A stretch of DNA of 64,000 nt from Balanoglossus misakiensis (taxonomy: Eukaryota; Animalia; Hemichordata): assembly GCA_040954595.2 (NCBI GenBank), contig CM082584.2, positions 1,226,281 through 1,290,280 of the forward strand, in the 5' to 3' direction. This document shows, one piece after another, positions 35,090 through 48,921 of the stretch (the stretch's first letter is position 1; every line of letters begins with the position of its first letter). The notes under the pieces are model-generated. The model ran no database searches. It had not been told where the DNA came from and saw nothing but the letters and a program-made list of their open reading frames with translations. The position numbers and the translations under genes are program-made.

Positions 35090-38000
35090 TAGATGCCGTT
35101 AATCAGAATTTTTGGTAAGGAAGGTTTGAGAGGTCCATTCTATGTAAAAAATGGTGCTGATTCCAAAAATGTCAGTCTTATTGACCCCACTCAAGACAAC
35201 ATTGCCATTTTGGCCATTTTTAACCCAAAAATGGTGTTTTTTTAGAAAACACTAAAAACACACTGTTTTCGTCACATTCTAAGATCTGATGACATATGAT
35301 ATGCTTATTCTATGTAAAATTTGGTGAATATTACGAAAAAAATAGTTCGATTGACCCAAAACAACAGAAAATTGCCTTTTTGACCATTTTTTGCCAAAAA
35401 ACGTCATTTTTAGAAAAAAATTAAAACACACGGTTTTCTTCATAATAGTTGATCTGGTGATATATGGAAAGTCAATTCTATGTTAAAAGTGGTGACTTTA
35501 AAAAATAAAGCAGTCTTTTTGACCTCAATCAATACAAAAATGCCATTTTTGGCCACTTTTAGAGGTCAAAAAGGTCATTTTTACAAAAAAACTAAAAATA
35601 AATTGTGTTTTTCATATTCAGAGATCATTGGATATATGAAGTGTCCATTCTATGTAAAAAACGGTGCTGCTTTCAGAAATAGCAGTCTTATTGACCCTAC
35701 TCAAGAAAAAAATGCCATTATTGCCACTTTTTGCCCCAAAACGTCATTTTTAGAAAACACTCAAAATTTATATATTTTCTTCACTTTTGGAGATCTGATA
35801 ATGTATTATATGCCCATCCTGTGTAAAACTTGGTGATTATTCCAAAAAAGCAGATTTATTGACCCAACCTAATGCAAAAATGCCCTTTTGGAAAGTTTTT
35901 ACCCAAAAAGGCCGTTTTTAGAAAAAAAAAATAAAAACAAACTTTTCTTCATAAAGCTCAGAGATCATGTGATATATGAAATGTTCAACCTATGTAAAAA
36001 ATGGTGCTAATTCCAGAAATAGCAGTCTTATTGATCCTACTCAAGAAAAAATGCCATTTTTGCCACTTTTTGCCCCAAAAACGTCATTTTCAGAAAACAC
36101 TCAAAATTTATATATTTTCTTCACTTTCGGAGATCTGATAATGTATTATATGCCCACTATATGTGAAAAATTTCCAAAAAAGCAGTTTTATTGATGCCAC
36201 CCAAGATAAAAGTGCCCTTTGTCAAGTTTTTGCCCAAAAAGTGTCATTTCTAGAAAACACCCAAAACTTTTATATTTTCTTCACTTTCGGAGATGATGAT
36301 GTATTATATACCCACTCTATGTGAAAAAATTCAAAAAAAAAAATTACTAGCGCCACTCAAGAAAACAGTGCTTTTTTGACAAGTTTTTGCCCAAAAAGCC
36401 ACTTTTCGAAAATCATTATAAACAAACTGTTTGATTCTTATTTGGAGATTCTATGATGTGTGAAAAGTACATTTATTGTAAAATAGGTGTTGATTCCAGA
36501 AATGCAGTCTTAATGACCTCAACCATGATGAAATCACCTTTTTGGCTAAGTTTTGCACAAAATTGTTATTTTTAAGAATATATTAATAAGCATTCTCTTT
36601 TCTTCACTTTCGGTGATCTTATTATAAATAAAAGCCCATTCTATATTGAAACGTGGTTACTGTTCCAAAAACGGAAGTCTTACTTACCCTATTCAATTGA
36701 AATTTGTAATTTCGGCCACTTTTTTGGTCAAAAATGTTCATTAAAAACAAACAAACTAAAGACAAATTGTTTTCTTCATATTCAGAGATCTGATCATGTA
36801 TGAAAAGTCCATTCTGTGTAAAATTTGGTGACTATTCCAAAAACGGCACTCTGGTTGGCCCCACTCTAGTCAAAATTGCCTTTTTTGCTATTTGTAGCCA
36901 AAAATAGATCTACTCAAGAAAAATTTATCATTTTAGCCATTTTGTACCGAAAAAATGTTTGTATTTGGAGTTTTTGCAAAATTAGCCCAAGTTGAACTCA
37001 TAATGATGATGAAACAGCGTCGAGAGGAAAAGAAGTTACGAATGGAACAAAACTCGCGTCAATGAATGTAAACACGCCGCCCGGGACCAAGCTCTAAACA
37101 TGATACAGATGACAAAAGAAAGGCATTGCACATTGCCCAAATATTCCCATACAGCAGTTCCAAATTAAAATGTCAAGGGTTTTATGTTTATTTAGTTTAA
37201 GCCCACATTTTCCCTGCTGCGTGCTAGTTCAGGGGCCAGTTTTAGCAGTGCTCTATTGAGTATTCTAGCATCGTTGCACTCCTGTCCAATCAGTATGACG
37301 GAGGTATCATGATATAAATTATAATATAATTTCTGATTTTGTATTCAGATTGAAGAGAATAAATTTCAACACTCTCTCCCGAGCTGGCATATCTGAACCT
37401 AAATATTGCACACCACGCATAATCGACTTATAGTAGACAGTGCGTATACATGGATCATCTTATTGTTAAGTTCAGTTTTGGGCTAAATTTGCCAAATTGT
37501 GGCAACCCTGTCTTTCAATATCATCAATTTAATTGATATTATATGGTTATGACGTTTCAAATATGCATATACAACATCAGAACACAAAAGGCAAAAACAT
37601 CAATTATATTTGTTTTCTGAAAATGCCTATTGTTGACCAAAAGATGGCTAAATGGCAATTTTGTACTAAGCGGGGTGTCTCAATAGTCCTGTTTCATAAG
37701 TCAGGTCCAAGACATAAGTACCGACATCTGTGATTGGTCGATCTGGTAATCTTAGGTCCAATTGCGGCTCGCTGATTGGAGGGACCTTGTAGGTTAGGTC
37801 TTATTACTATGTATTATTCACTAGACCTTGTAGCTTAGGTCTTATTACTATGCATTATTCACTTTAGAGCTCCCTGATTGGTTAATGTGTAGGTCTGGTC
37901 CTCCAGTGTTCACTGCCTCATTATGCAGGACCTTGTAGGTTAGGTCTTATTAATATGTATTTATTCACCATACAGCTCCCTGATTGGTTAACGTGTTAGT

Positions 38001-40071
38001 CTGGTCCCCCATGTGTTCACTGCCTCATTATACAGGACCTTATAGGTTAGGTCTTATTAATATGTATTTATTCACCATACAGCTCCCTGATTGGTTAACG
38101 TGTTAGTCTGGTCCCCCATGTGTTCACTGCCTCATTATACAGGACCTTATAGGTTAGGTCTTATTAATATGTATTTATTCACCATACAGCTCCCTGATTG
38201 GTTAACATGTCAGTCTGGTCCCCCAGTGTTCACTGCCTCATTGTGAAATGTCCCATGTGCTTCCTGGCTAGCGTTGTGGTAACACATTATTCAGGATGTC
38301 CGCAGATCGTTCATTGATTTTCTGAGAAATAGCCTGACTGATACTATCTCCAACATAAACCGCACCCTGGAAAGATTAAATGATTTTTAGATGGACTTTG
38401 AAAATCTGATTAACTCATCTAAGCATTTTTGCTAACAGTTGTATATTTTTTTAATCACCCTCCTACTTCTCATCATCAATATTATTATTGTTGTTTTACT
38501 ATTTTAAAGTAAATATGTTTTGACGAACATGTTGTGATAAGGAGCACGTTGTCCGTTTATACATTCGTATATTGTTTTCATAAAAATGGAACTATGACGG
38601 TGCAGCTTCATGAAAGAAGTTCAATAAAAGTAATCATACCTGTAAAGCAACTAATGAGGTATCCCAATTAAAGAAATGCAATGCTATTCTAAACATTTCT
38701 ATAGTAAGATATTTTTGGTTTACTCGAATGAATAGCACACACTTCGTATTCAGCCAGGTGTTACACGAAGTGATGCGCTGAAAGGCATTACGTAACAAAA
38801 CACTAGCCTATTTCAACAAACCGCCACTGGAAATAAAATACGAAATTTCTCCTGACAATTTTTATTTCCAGTATCTAGTTCACAGTATCACATAAAATGC
38901 CATGAATAGTGAAGGAAAAGGTGAAATCCAAGCATTATATGAGTGCCTTTCTTTATACACTGGTATCGAGCTTCGACAACGCACAGGCAGCATGGCAGAC
39001 AGAATACGACAACTGTATTCAGAAAGTACAAAAGACTTTGCATAACGAGGCAGTGAAAATTGGAGACCTACACATTAACCAATCAGGGAGCTGAAAATTG
39101 AATAAATGCATGTTAATAAGACCTAACCTATAAGGTCCTGTATAATGAGGCAGTGAACACATGGGGGACCAGACTAACACGTTAACCAATCAGGGAGCTG
39201 TATGGTGAATAAATACATATTAATAAGACCTAACCTATAAGGTCCTGTATAATGAGGCAGTGAACACTGGAGGACCAGACCTACACATTAACCAATCAAG
39301 GAGCTGTAAAGTGAATAATGCATAATAATAAGACCTAACCTACAAGGTCTAGTGAATAATACATAGTAATAAGACCTAACCTATAAGGTCCCTCCAATCA
39401 GCGTACCGCAAGTGGACCTTAGAGAATCGGATAAACCAATCAGAACAGGCAATACATGTGTATAGGACGTGTAATGTAGGTCATTTTGAAACGGGACTAA
39501 TAAGACCGTTGTGCTGGTATCAGCATATTTTTTGCACACACACACAAAAAAAAATAAACGAATTTACATACATCACAAGGGCTTTCAATATAAAGGAATA
39601 AGTTTGTATTTATTTTTTCTAACAGTTACCTTTTTGAGCAAAGAGGCCAAAATGATATCTTTTTCCCTCAGTGGGGTCAGTAAGAGTGGGTTTTTTAGTA
39701 CTTTTATTTATCATTTGATCACCAATGGGAAGAAAATGGCATAATTTTCGTATTTTCTAGAAATGACACTTTTTGGGCAAAAACTTGCCTAAAAGGCACT
39801 TTTATCTTGAGTGGCATCAATAAAACTGCTTTTTTGGAATTTTTTCACATACAGTGGGCATATAATTCATTATCAGATCTCCGAAAGTGAAGAAAATATA
39901 TAAATTTTGAGTGTTTTCTGAAAATGACGTTTTGGGGGCAAAAAGTGGCAAAAATGGCATTTTTTCTTGAGTAGGATCAATAAGACTGACTTTTTTGGAA
40001 TGAGCACCATTTTTTACATAGAATGGACTTCTCAAACCTTCCTTACCAAAAATTCTGATTAACGGCACCTA
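35090..40071. mobile_element. 5-kb fold-back element whose arms are ~170-180-bp tandem repeats
   Basis: Left start TAGATGCCGTTAATCAGAATTTTTGGTAAGGAAGGTTTGAGA is the reverse complement of 40030-40071 (1 mismatch). Left arm ~35090-36960, right arm ~39640-40071; ORF translations 35976-36194(+) and 39817-40068(-) are near identical. Confidence 0.8.
37685..39498. mobile_element. Nested fold-back element with ~119-bp tandem-repeat arms
   Basis: Ends AGTCCTGTTTCA...TGAAACGGGACT flanked by AAT/AAT. Arms (37685-38245; 39045-39498) are built of inverted GGACCTTATAGGTTAGGTCTTATT...CCTGATTGGTTAA units. Confidence 0.8.
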
Positions 40072-42828
40072 TCTCATAGTGTAACCAGACTACAAGTGAA
40101 GAACCCCAGTAACAGACGTAACGAACAAACAAACTACATGTACTAACAACAAAGCAAGAAAAGTGTCAAGCGTCGTCAAAGAAAACGAAATAGTTCTAGC
40201 ATGGTTGGTAAAAGTTATTGGTAGAAAACGAATAGGGCCTTCTACAAATGACGTCTCAGACCCGCAAACGCCACCAGAACACAAAACACATGCACAGAAC
40301 AGTTTAAGCCGGTTGTTGTATGGAGCAGCAATAATCTGCGGTTGGGCCGTCGTAGAATTTCGCTGGTGGTGAAAATAAATAAAACTCGATCGATGTTCGA
40401 TTTATTCCAGATCACATGCGTTTACGGCCAGAAGAGAGCATAAAAGTCTTCAAATGACCATGTGGTGGCGCACTTTTTCCGATTGGCTGTATTTCAATTT
40501 GTTCGTGGTAAATTAATTTTGTGGAGGTGACCGGCACTGAAGCTCTTAGCTAGGATGAGGTGGGATGGAAAAATGCCCCATTTGACTCATTTTAGCTGTT
40601 TTAAAATATACGACTATTTATAGACAAAAGGAAAATAAAACAAGCGCAAAAACATACCAAACCTAGTTTTATTAATTACAAACAAAATTGCTTAGTAAAG
40701 GTTTTCATGTGGGCATTCACTTTGAACTTGCTAAATTAATTTAAAGAGACAAAGTCGCTCTCTCTTTGTCCTTTTGCGATGATGGAATGCTTGCTTGAAG
40801 TCTCTCGTGCAATAAATGATGTCGATTCATACATGTATGGATGGTGTATAGGTGGTCGGGATTTACATATCTTTGCCACGACCAAACCAACAACACATAA
40901 AATCAAACTTTGGGTCATGAAATCGAGTTTTGTTACAGTCTAGAATTTCATGCCACCCCTTTTGGTCATATTATTCTTGGTAGGCAAAAGTGACAAGTAG
41001 TCAAGTTTCAACACAGGCAACATTTTTTACAAACAAACCACAAAGAAGACATCAAAAGGGAGAGAATTATAGAATGGTCAATGTGTGAATAGTTAAGATA
41101 CGTAAAGTGGCCGGGTTCAACATAACATTAACTCATCGACTTCATATCGTCTTCATGCCATGGTTTTGCCTGCCCTGAAAGTTCTTGTCGTTGCAGAAGT
41201 GGTTTTGACAGAAAGAATTTAGTTTGTGTTTGTGATTATTTGAACACCAGACAATACAATGCAACCTTGACTTCCAAAATACTTACCGGCATTGCATTAT
41301 CTTACCATGGTTAGGCCTACAGAGAACAAATTTTCAACAATATTTTCTGAGTTACCGCTGATATTTGTTTTGTAGTATGGATATTAAATTATACATCCCG
41401 ATACAAAACAGAATGTTATAGAATCCTTCCTGAGTGATATTGAAAAAAATACCGGAATGCTATAGCCTAATCTATGGTTAGGGTTATTGCTATTATTTTA
41501 TATCAGTAATCGACTTTGTGTATATCAATGTCATTTTCATAACGAAAATGAACTCGAGTCTAATGTAAACGTTACGAATTGATCGAAAGGCGCTCTGATG
41601 AATGTTAACACGAGTGCGCAATGACAAGACATGCATCGTGCATGACAGTGACAACAGTTCCTATAGAGCAGTTAAAAAATAAACCGGCCGTCCGTAAATT
41701 TATCAGCTATATTTTTTTTTATTTAGTCACGTTTTCCCTGTTGCATGCTATTAGTTCAGGGGCCAGTTTTAGCAGTGCTCTATTGCGTACTTTCGTATCG
41801 ATGGATTGATCTCTCGTCCAATCAGAATGGCGGATGGTAGCATGATCCGACATATTGCGTATTACAATAGGGCTTCCTCATACAGGTCAGAACAGAGAGG
41901 TCATTCCTTTTATATTAGGACGTCTCAGCTCCTTTGTCTTTTCTGTTATTTTTTGACAAATGCGGATTGACGTTCCATTTCCAATTGGCGATAATTATAT
42001 TTATTTGTATTTCATTGCATAAGCGCTTGCTAGTCGTTTTTTAGCAATTTTTTTTGTAGTATAAAAACACTGAAGAAAACGAAATATTTTATTCATTCGC
42101 ACTTCCAAAGAACACCGTGACATAATTCCTCAATTTGCATTTCAGTGTGTGTGTCTGGTGTGTCTGCATTGACGTGAGGCGCATTCTCCACCCGCACACA
42201 TACGTTGCATTGCATTCTTTGACTAATTAGTGTTACGTCATGTTGAAGCAGGATTCTGATTGAGTAGTAAGTAAGTTGCATAATTGACGCACAGCTGGTG
42301 CCTCGTTCTCGTACCGCTGACCATTGCATTTGAAAAATCATTGCAGCTTTGACGTTCATCAAGCATGGAGGTCCCGGTCGCCTCCATGCTTGATGATGTC
42401 GTTTCTCTGGTAAGCATGGTATTTAATGTTATTTTACAAGTACATGTACACTCCTTCTAGCAAAAAACTGGTCGTGGTAGGGCGAGAGGGTCCTCCCAAC
42501 ATCGAAATTCTGACTTTGGGAAGCGTTACAGCGCCGAACAGTAAACTCACAGTCGCATGGAATTTGTGCGTTATATTACACCGTGCGAGTAAATTGTACG
42601 TCGTTCGTTGGCTCGAGTCAGCTTTGTTATTGTGTAGCAGGTGGTACCGTAACACCACAGGGAGCCCCCTGTGGTAACACACTACAGTATAACTTTTAAG
42701 GCAAAGCGATAGCGAATAAACTGACCAGAGTTGGTTTTGTTGTTGGGGAGATTTTTGGCACCAATGAGACTGTTATAAGCTACCAGTGTGAGCTATGGTA
42801 TAGCCGTTAACACGCAGCCCTGCCACGC

Positions 42829-45800
42829 AGAGCTTCTATGACTGGTTACTAACTTCTATGTCTATTTGATTCACAGATGCTGCCTGAAACTGTCTGCGTT
42901 TCAACTCGGGATTCTCTTCCTTGTCCGGGGCGAGTTTAAGACCGCTCAATGGTAAGCATGACTTGCTTTATATTTGCTTTTATCGGGTGTTGCAACCGTA
43001 ACAATAGGAAGAAATGTATGTCTACGAACTAATTTACATATTCTAGCTTTCAATACAATGTACTTGTTTTTTCCCCTTCGAATTCTGGCCTCGATTGCTT
43101 GTGATATGATCGTGATGTCATGAATTAGATGGACAACTCACAAGTTCAAATCTTCACGTGGAGCATAAAATAAACTCCAATATCAATACACAGGGAGATA
43201 CTTTAACTTTGGCTGAACGTGTGCTAGTCCAACACTATGCTTAATCAAACTGGCTAAGAGATCTGTTATTATATTAGACGCATGAAGGAAAGTAATGTTG
43301 TTTAGCGTGAAATAAAACAATACTTTAGGCCAGAAAGAAAAATGTAAATCATGACACAAACAGGCTGGAAATTTTTTCTGACCCTATATTATACCATGTT
43401 TTGCATATTTTCACTAATTTGTATGGCCCACATAATTCTAAAGCAAGGTTGATTGGTTACTAATTAATATTTGCATATATTTGATTCACAATCTTAAACA
43501 CAGCATTTCAACGTATGCCGGAGGAGGAAGAGAATACCTAGGCCTGATCCAAGACCGCTTTCCGGTAAGCACACCTTGCTTTATACATGCTCCATAGCTT
43601 GTTTGTAAATGCTACCTTTTCCCATCAAATAGTGAAGTCACCCTTTTAAAATTATGGTGGTGGCAAGCCACAACTGGTTATCATGAAGAGTTGGACACCA
43701 CTAATAATCATTTTAATATTTTCCAATTGGTAACCTTTATGTACCACTATCCTCAACAATATCCTCAACAAGATTCATATTGCGCTGTATAGCAAGGCCA
43801 AACACATATGATTGATTGATAGGGATTTTTCTGAAAATGTGACAAAATCAACAAATAAACAATAATCAGTCACCAATCATGCATTATGTGTTATTCGAGG
43901 GAACCTGAGCGGGTCCCATAAACCTGCCAACCCATGCTAGCCATGACTTTACAAATGTTTCCGTCATACTATGCAGAAAATTCTGGCTGCCTTAAATAGG
44001 TTTTTCACTTTGCGCTAGGTGTCAAATCTCATTGCATTCTGGGCGGAAAGTCCATAACCAACTGTAGTAAGAGATAGAAGAAATGATATGTTTACTGTAT
44101 TTCATGACTTCCTTTGGTCAAACATTTTTGTCTCGGTAGTTAGCATATTAAACTTTTTTTCACTTTTGCTATTTTATTTGCTAAAAGTTCAAGAATGACC
44201 CATCATCATTTTAGCTTATGAACTCCCATTTCTTTAACATGGCAAAAATCGGCCATCTTGAAATTATCAACCGTATGAGATTTTCATCACTCATTTAGGG
44301 TAGCTTAAAACGTGTTTAAAGTAGGGAGAATTGTATAGGCAAGACTTGGGCTGTAAATTTGATGAAATAGCTACATGACTATTGTTCACAAGCAGCTGAC
44401 TGTACTGTAAGACTGGAAGTGTTGTGTACATATTTTACATATTCAATATTTGTAATTAGACCATGTCATGTATATCTTGGGGATTGCTCGATCACAATGT
44501 CTCTGCTGGTACAATGTCCTTTTAACATGTTCAGTAATATGGTAGTAATTGTAAGTTTGTGTGCGGCATTTGTAAATTATTTACAATTTATAAATTATTG
44601 TGTAAGTTTCTTCATTCTCAAATTGCTTGCCTAACGTACTGCATTAACATTTAAATTTTGGTATGATTTTGAGTAGACTTTTTGTTTCAAAATAATTTTC
44701 GACACTTTTGGGTGATATGATTTTACATGGAAAATCTGATTTCCCTGTAATTCGGTTGACAGGATTTTCATCATATCTCTAAATCATGAAGTACATGTAT
44801 CAGACTTGCATCAGGCCCCCAAAATTCTAGTCGCCTTTGGCAAGTAATATTAGCCATTGATCTGGGAAAGTTACAAAAATGTGTTGTCCCAGGACGTTGA
44901 AGGTACATGTGGTTTTTACACTTGCTGCATGTTTATAATTTGCAATAGAAATAGACACTCAGTGCCAGCCCACTATCCCGTCTCCTTATTGCTGACTTGT
45001 ATGTATGTATGTATGTATGTACGCATTTTATCAGAATTATTAGGTCCCATTTGGTATATGTATTTATACCATGGTACCTTACGGGATCAGTTGCACCTGT
45101 ATGTATGGATGTTTGTATGTCCATCAACATCAAACATTTGGAAACTACTGGCATTTCACCTTGATATTTAATGTGCAGACAGGGCAGTAGATGGGAGTTT
45201 GTCTAAGTGAAGTTGTCATTGCCAAAATATGCAAATTAGCTGGGAAAGTGTCAAATTCGTCAAAACTTGGGAACTCAACAACTACTGGGCAAATTGCTTT
45301 CAAAATTGATAATCGGTATGCATGTACCTTATGGTATCCTCTCACAATTCTACATGTTGTGAGCTAATAATGTGAATTTTCTAATTTTAAGCATTTTTTT
45401 GTCTCTTTCCACATTGTCGGTAAAAACCTACTTTTCTGGAATTGATCAGCTGACTTGTTTGAAATTTATTATGAAGCTTCATAGGTGATCTGAGTTACCA
45501 ACCATAGTTTTGTTTAAATTGTTGCAAAAAATTGCGTATTTATAATTTTGGAGCAATTTTTAGGTCCCATTTGGTTTATGTACATATATACGATTGGGAC
45601 CTTATGGAATCAGTTGCATTTGTATGTATGAGTGAATGGATGAAAACCGCTGGGCATATCACTTCCATATTTAGTGTGTAGATGCAGGCGGGGCTGTAGA
45701 TGGGATTTTGTTCAAATGAAATTGTCATTGCCAAAATATTACCTGTGTAAATGTGAAATTGGTCAAAAGTCAGAAACTTGACAACCACTGGTCAGATTGG

Positions 45801-46320
45801 TATGTCAATGAACCCCATACAGTCCTGTATGTTGTGAGCTAATATTATGAATTTTCTAATGTTTATTAATTTTTTTTGTCTTTTTCCACATTATTGGTAA
45901 AAAAAAAATCTTCACTTCTGAAAGCGATAGTCCGACTCCTTCGAAATTTAGTATGAAGCTTCCTATAGGTGGTCCGAGTTACCATATTTTTTGTTCAGAT
46001 TGTTGTAAAATTGGCATATTTATAATTTTGAGCAATTTTGCCAATTATGGTCAGAATGCTTTGCAATTTGGTAGGCAGATTCCCAGCGGTAACCCAAGTA
46101 AGATGTCATAAAAATGGTTAAAACTGCGTGCTTGTGTTATTGGGGATATTTTTTGCAATCTTTGTCAAAAAACTATTTTCTCTTAAACCGTTCAAACCGT
46201 TGTCAGATTGCTTTGAATTTTGGCAGGAATGTTCCTTGTAGTGATTGAAGTAAGATGGTGTACAATTATAGAGATGTTTGCATATTTGTGTTTTTGCCAC
46301 TTTTGAACAAATGTGTTTTT
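42829..46320 (+). repeat. Segmental duplication, copy 1 (copy 2 at ~48922-54470)
   Basis: Colinear high similarity from AGAGCT.CTATGACTGGTTACTAAC to TTTTGAACAAATGT; ORFs 44419-44634 and 51665-51856 are near identical. Confidence 0.9.
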
Positions 46321-48921
46321 CTTTGAAACTGCTTTTTTGATGGCTTTGAAATATGGTAGGAATATTCCTAGGGGTAACCCAATTTTTAGCTCACCTGAAA
46401 ATCACGTGAGCTTATAGTTTAGCGATGTCTGTGTATGTGTGTGTGTGTGTCTGTCTGTATACCCGATATCTCAAGAACCGCTGAACCGATTTCAACCAAA
46501 TTTAGTACACAGGTTCAGATATCATATGGCAAGAACTGAAAAGGTTTTAGTTGGTGTGGCTTTGATATTAATGAAGTTATTAAAGTTTTCTATTACATGG
46601 TTGTCTATGAGAGCTTTCGTTAATGCTGCATATATGACCAGTGGAAACGATAGTTTGAGGAGATCGACTGTTTGAGGGCGCTGTGAAATGAGACATTCCT
46701 GGCGATATTGCCGTGGTTCTGTCCATGCTCAGACGCTGCACCCGTCGTTACGAATAACTTCCCTACGTGAATCCACAAGGAAGCTAACGTTGTTTAGTTG
46801 CTTCATAGAGCGTAAACTGTTAATCTACAGGACCGTCAGACGAATACTCTTTTCAAATGAAGTTTGAAACTACTTACGAGTAAGTTAGTGGAGACAATAT
46901 GGCGGATAGTTGGCGTGCAGTCGAATCCGCGTTATGACTATGACGTGACCCATTCATCAAGACAAACCGTAAATGATTCACGCATATTGTGGTCCTCACG
47001 CAGTCAATCTCAAAATGTCACCAGGCTTTCTATTTGTCTATTGTTCAGAGAAAAATAACATGGCGGTTGATCACACTCAACAGTAAAATCCGTTTTGTGT
47101 GTTTATAGACAGTCTGTTATCGCCAATACTATATAGCGATTGCTAGATGGCCTACCCAATATGTGATCGAGCGAGATTGATAACATTGAATGTCTGTTCA
47201 GATCTCATTCCGTACGTCATACGTCAACATTTCGATTTCGATTTAATCCATTCATAAAGAATTTAGAGAAAGTCGTCTTGAATTGTGACCCCGACTATCA
47301 ATTAGTTTACGATGATTTTTTGGCGACGGAATACACGAGACGCCATTGTATAACTACGTCAGCTGTACTTCCAAGGTTACCATTTTGTGTGTATGGAATA
47401 TCTTATCACAGAGACTACGTACTTTGACAATATGCCATGCTATATCAATGACGCCCCAGAAAATTTGTCAAAAAATGAATTTGTCTTCTCATGGTGGTGC
47501 AATATATTTTAATGTCTATTTTGAGGTTGATTTTGGTTTTTGGCTAACATGTATATAAATGTCAGCTTATAGCATAAGTTGGTGTCCGTCGTCTATGTAT
47601 GTCTGTATGTGTGCCTCATACAGAATTATGTATTTTGTGAATGGATCAGTTTCGTCTTAATGTATTGATGTATGTATGTGTATGTCCATCAACATCAAAA
47701 TCTTGAAACTACTGATATTTAGTGTGTACATAGAAATTGTTATTGCGAAAAAATGCATACTGGTATTAACTGGAAAAATGTTCAAATAGTCAAAATTGAA
47801 AAACTTAATAACAGCGGATCAGATTAAGTTAAAAATTGGCGTGCATTGGTGTGCAAGTACTTTGGGAAGACCTCGTATGATTTTGTTCAGGTGGAATCAG
47901 TATCTGGCGTTTCCTATTTTTTATGAATTTTTTGGGGAATTTTCTGCAGTTTTGTTAAAAAAAATTCTTCTCTGAAATTACATGTCCAATTGATTGGAAA
48001 CTTGGTATGGAGGTTCATAGGGCTTACCTGAATCACATTTGTGCAAACGGTGGTGAAATTTGCAAAAATGCATTTTTGGGCAATATTTCCTGTTTTTGCC
48101 AAAACTGTGAAACTGTAGGTGCAATTGTTTTGATACTTTGTATTTGGATTTCTAGGGGTGATCTCGGTCAGATATGATCAAATTGTAATGAAATTTGCAT
48201 AATTGTATTTTTGGGAATTTCTGCAGGGTTTGGCCAAATAGTCTTCGGTAATACCACAAGTCCAATTGATTGGAAACTTTGAATGCGAATTCATATATGT
48301 GATATCAGTCAGATTTGTCTGAATTTCCTGTTGTTTGCCAAAATGTCTTCCTTATTGAAACTTGTTAAAGAGGTTCTTAGGCATGAACAGAAATCAGATT
48401 TGTTGAAATCTGGTGAAATATTCATACTTTTTGGTATATTTCTTGCCATTTTTGATCAAAGAGTTTTAGAATTCCATAGACTTATTATTTTATGCAGTTC
48501 AGGATGGGGTACATGACTCATAACCCCTTACAAAAATTGACAAGGCAACAATTCCACAAACATGTTTACATTTCACAATGGTGCAACACACAACCCTTAC
48601 ACCATATACACTATAAACCAAAATGGTTTAAAACTGTTTTTTCTAATCTTGTTATTCTGTCAACCAATCACAGTACTGCACGTGAGCATATTCAGTTAAT
48701 TTCTGGTTCCTGATTGCTTTGGAAGTTAGTTAACAATTTCATAACACATGTACATGTATGTGCAACTTTGATTAAATTCTGGTTGTCAATATTTAGGTAG
48801 TTTGTTGTAAATTTCTTTGTTTTTGGATAGCAAATCTTTTTAACCAATTGCTCAGTTTCTTTGAAAGTTACTGTTAACAAGGAGAGTTAGTACACCCAAC
48901 TTAGACTTTTACACCAAACTT

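Noticed and set aside
42017-42034. Possible Helitron 3' end (GCATAAGCGCTTGCTAG)
   Set aside because: The hairpin is short and overlaps the CTAG rather than lying ~10 nt upstream; no matching 5' end identified.
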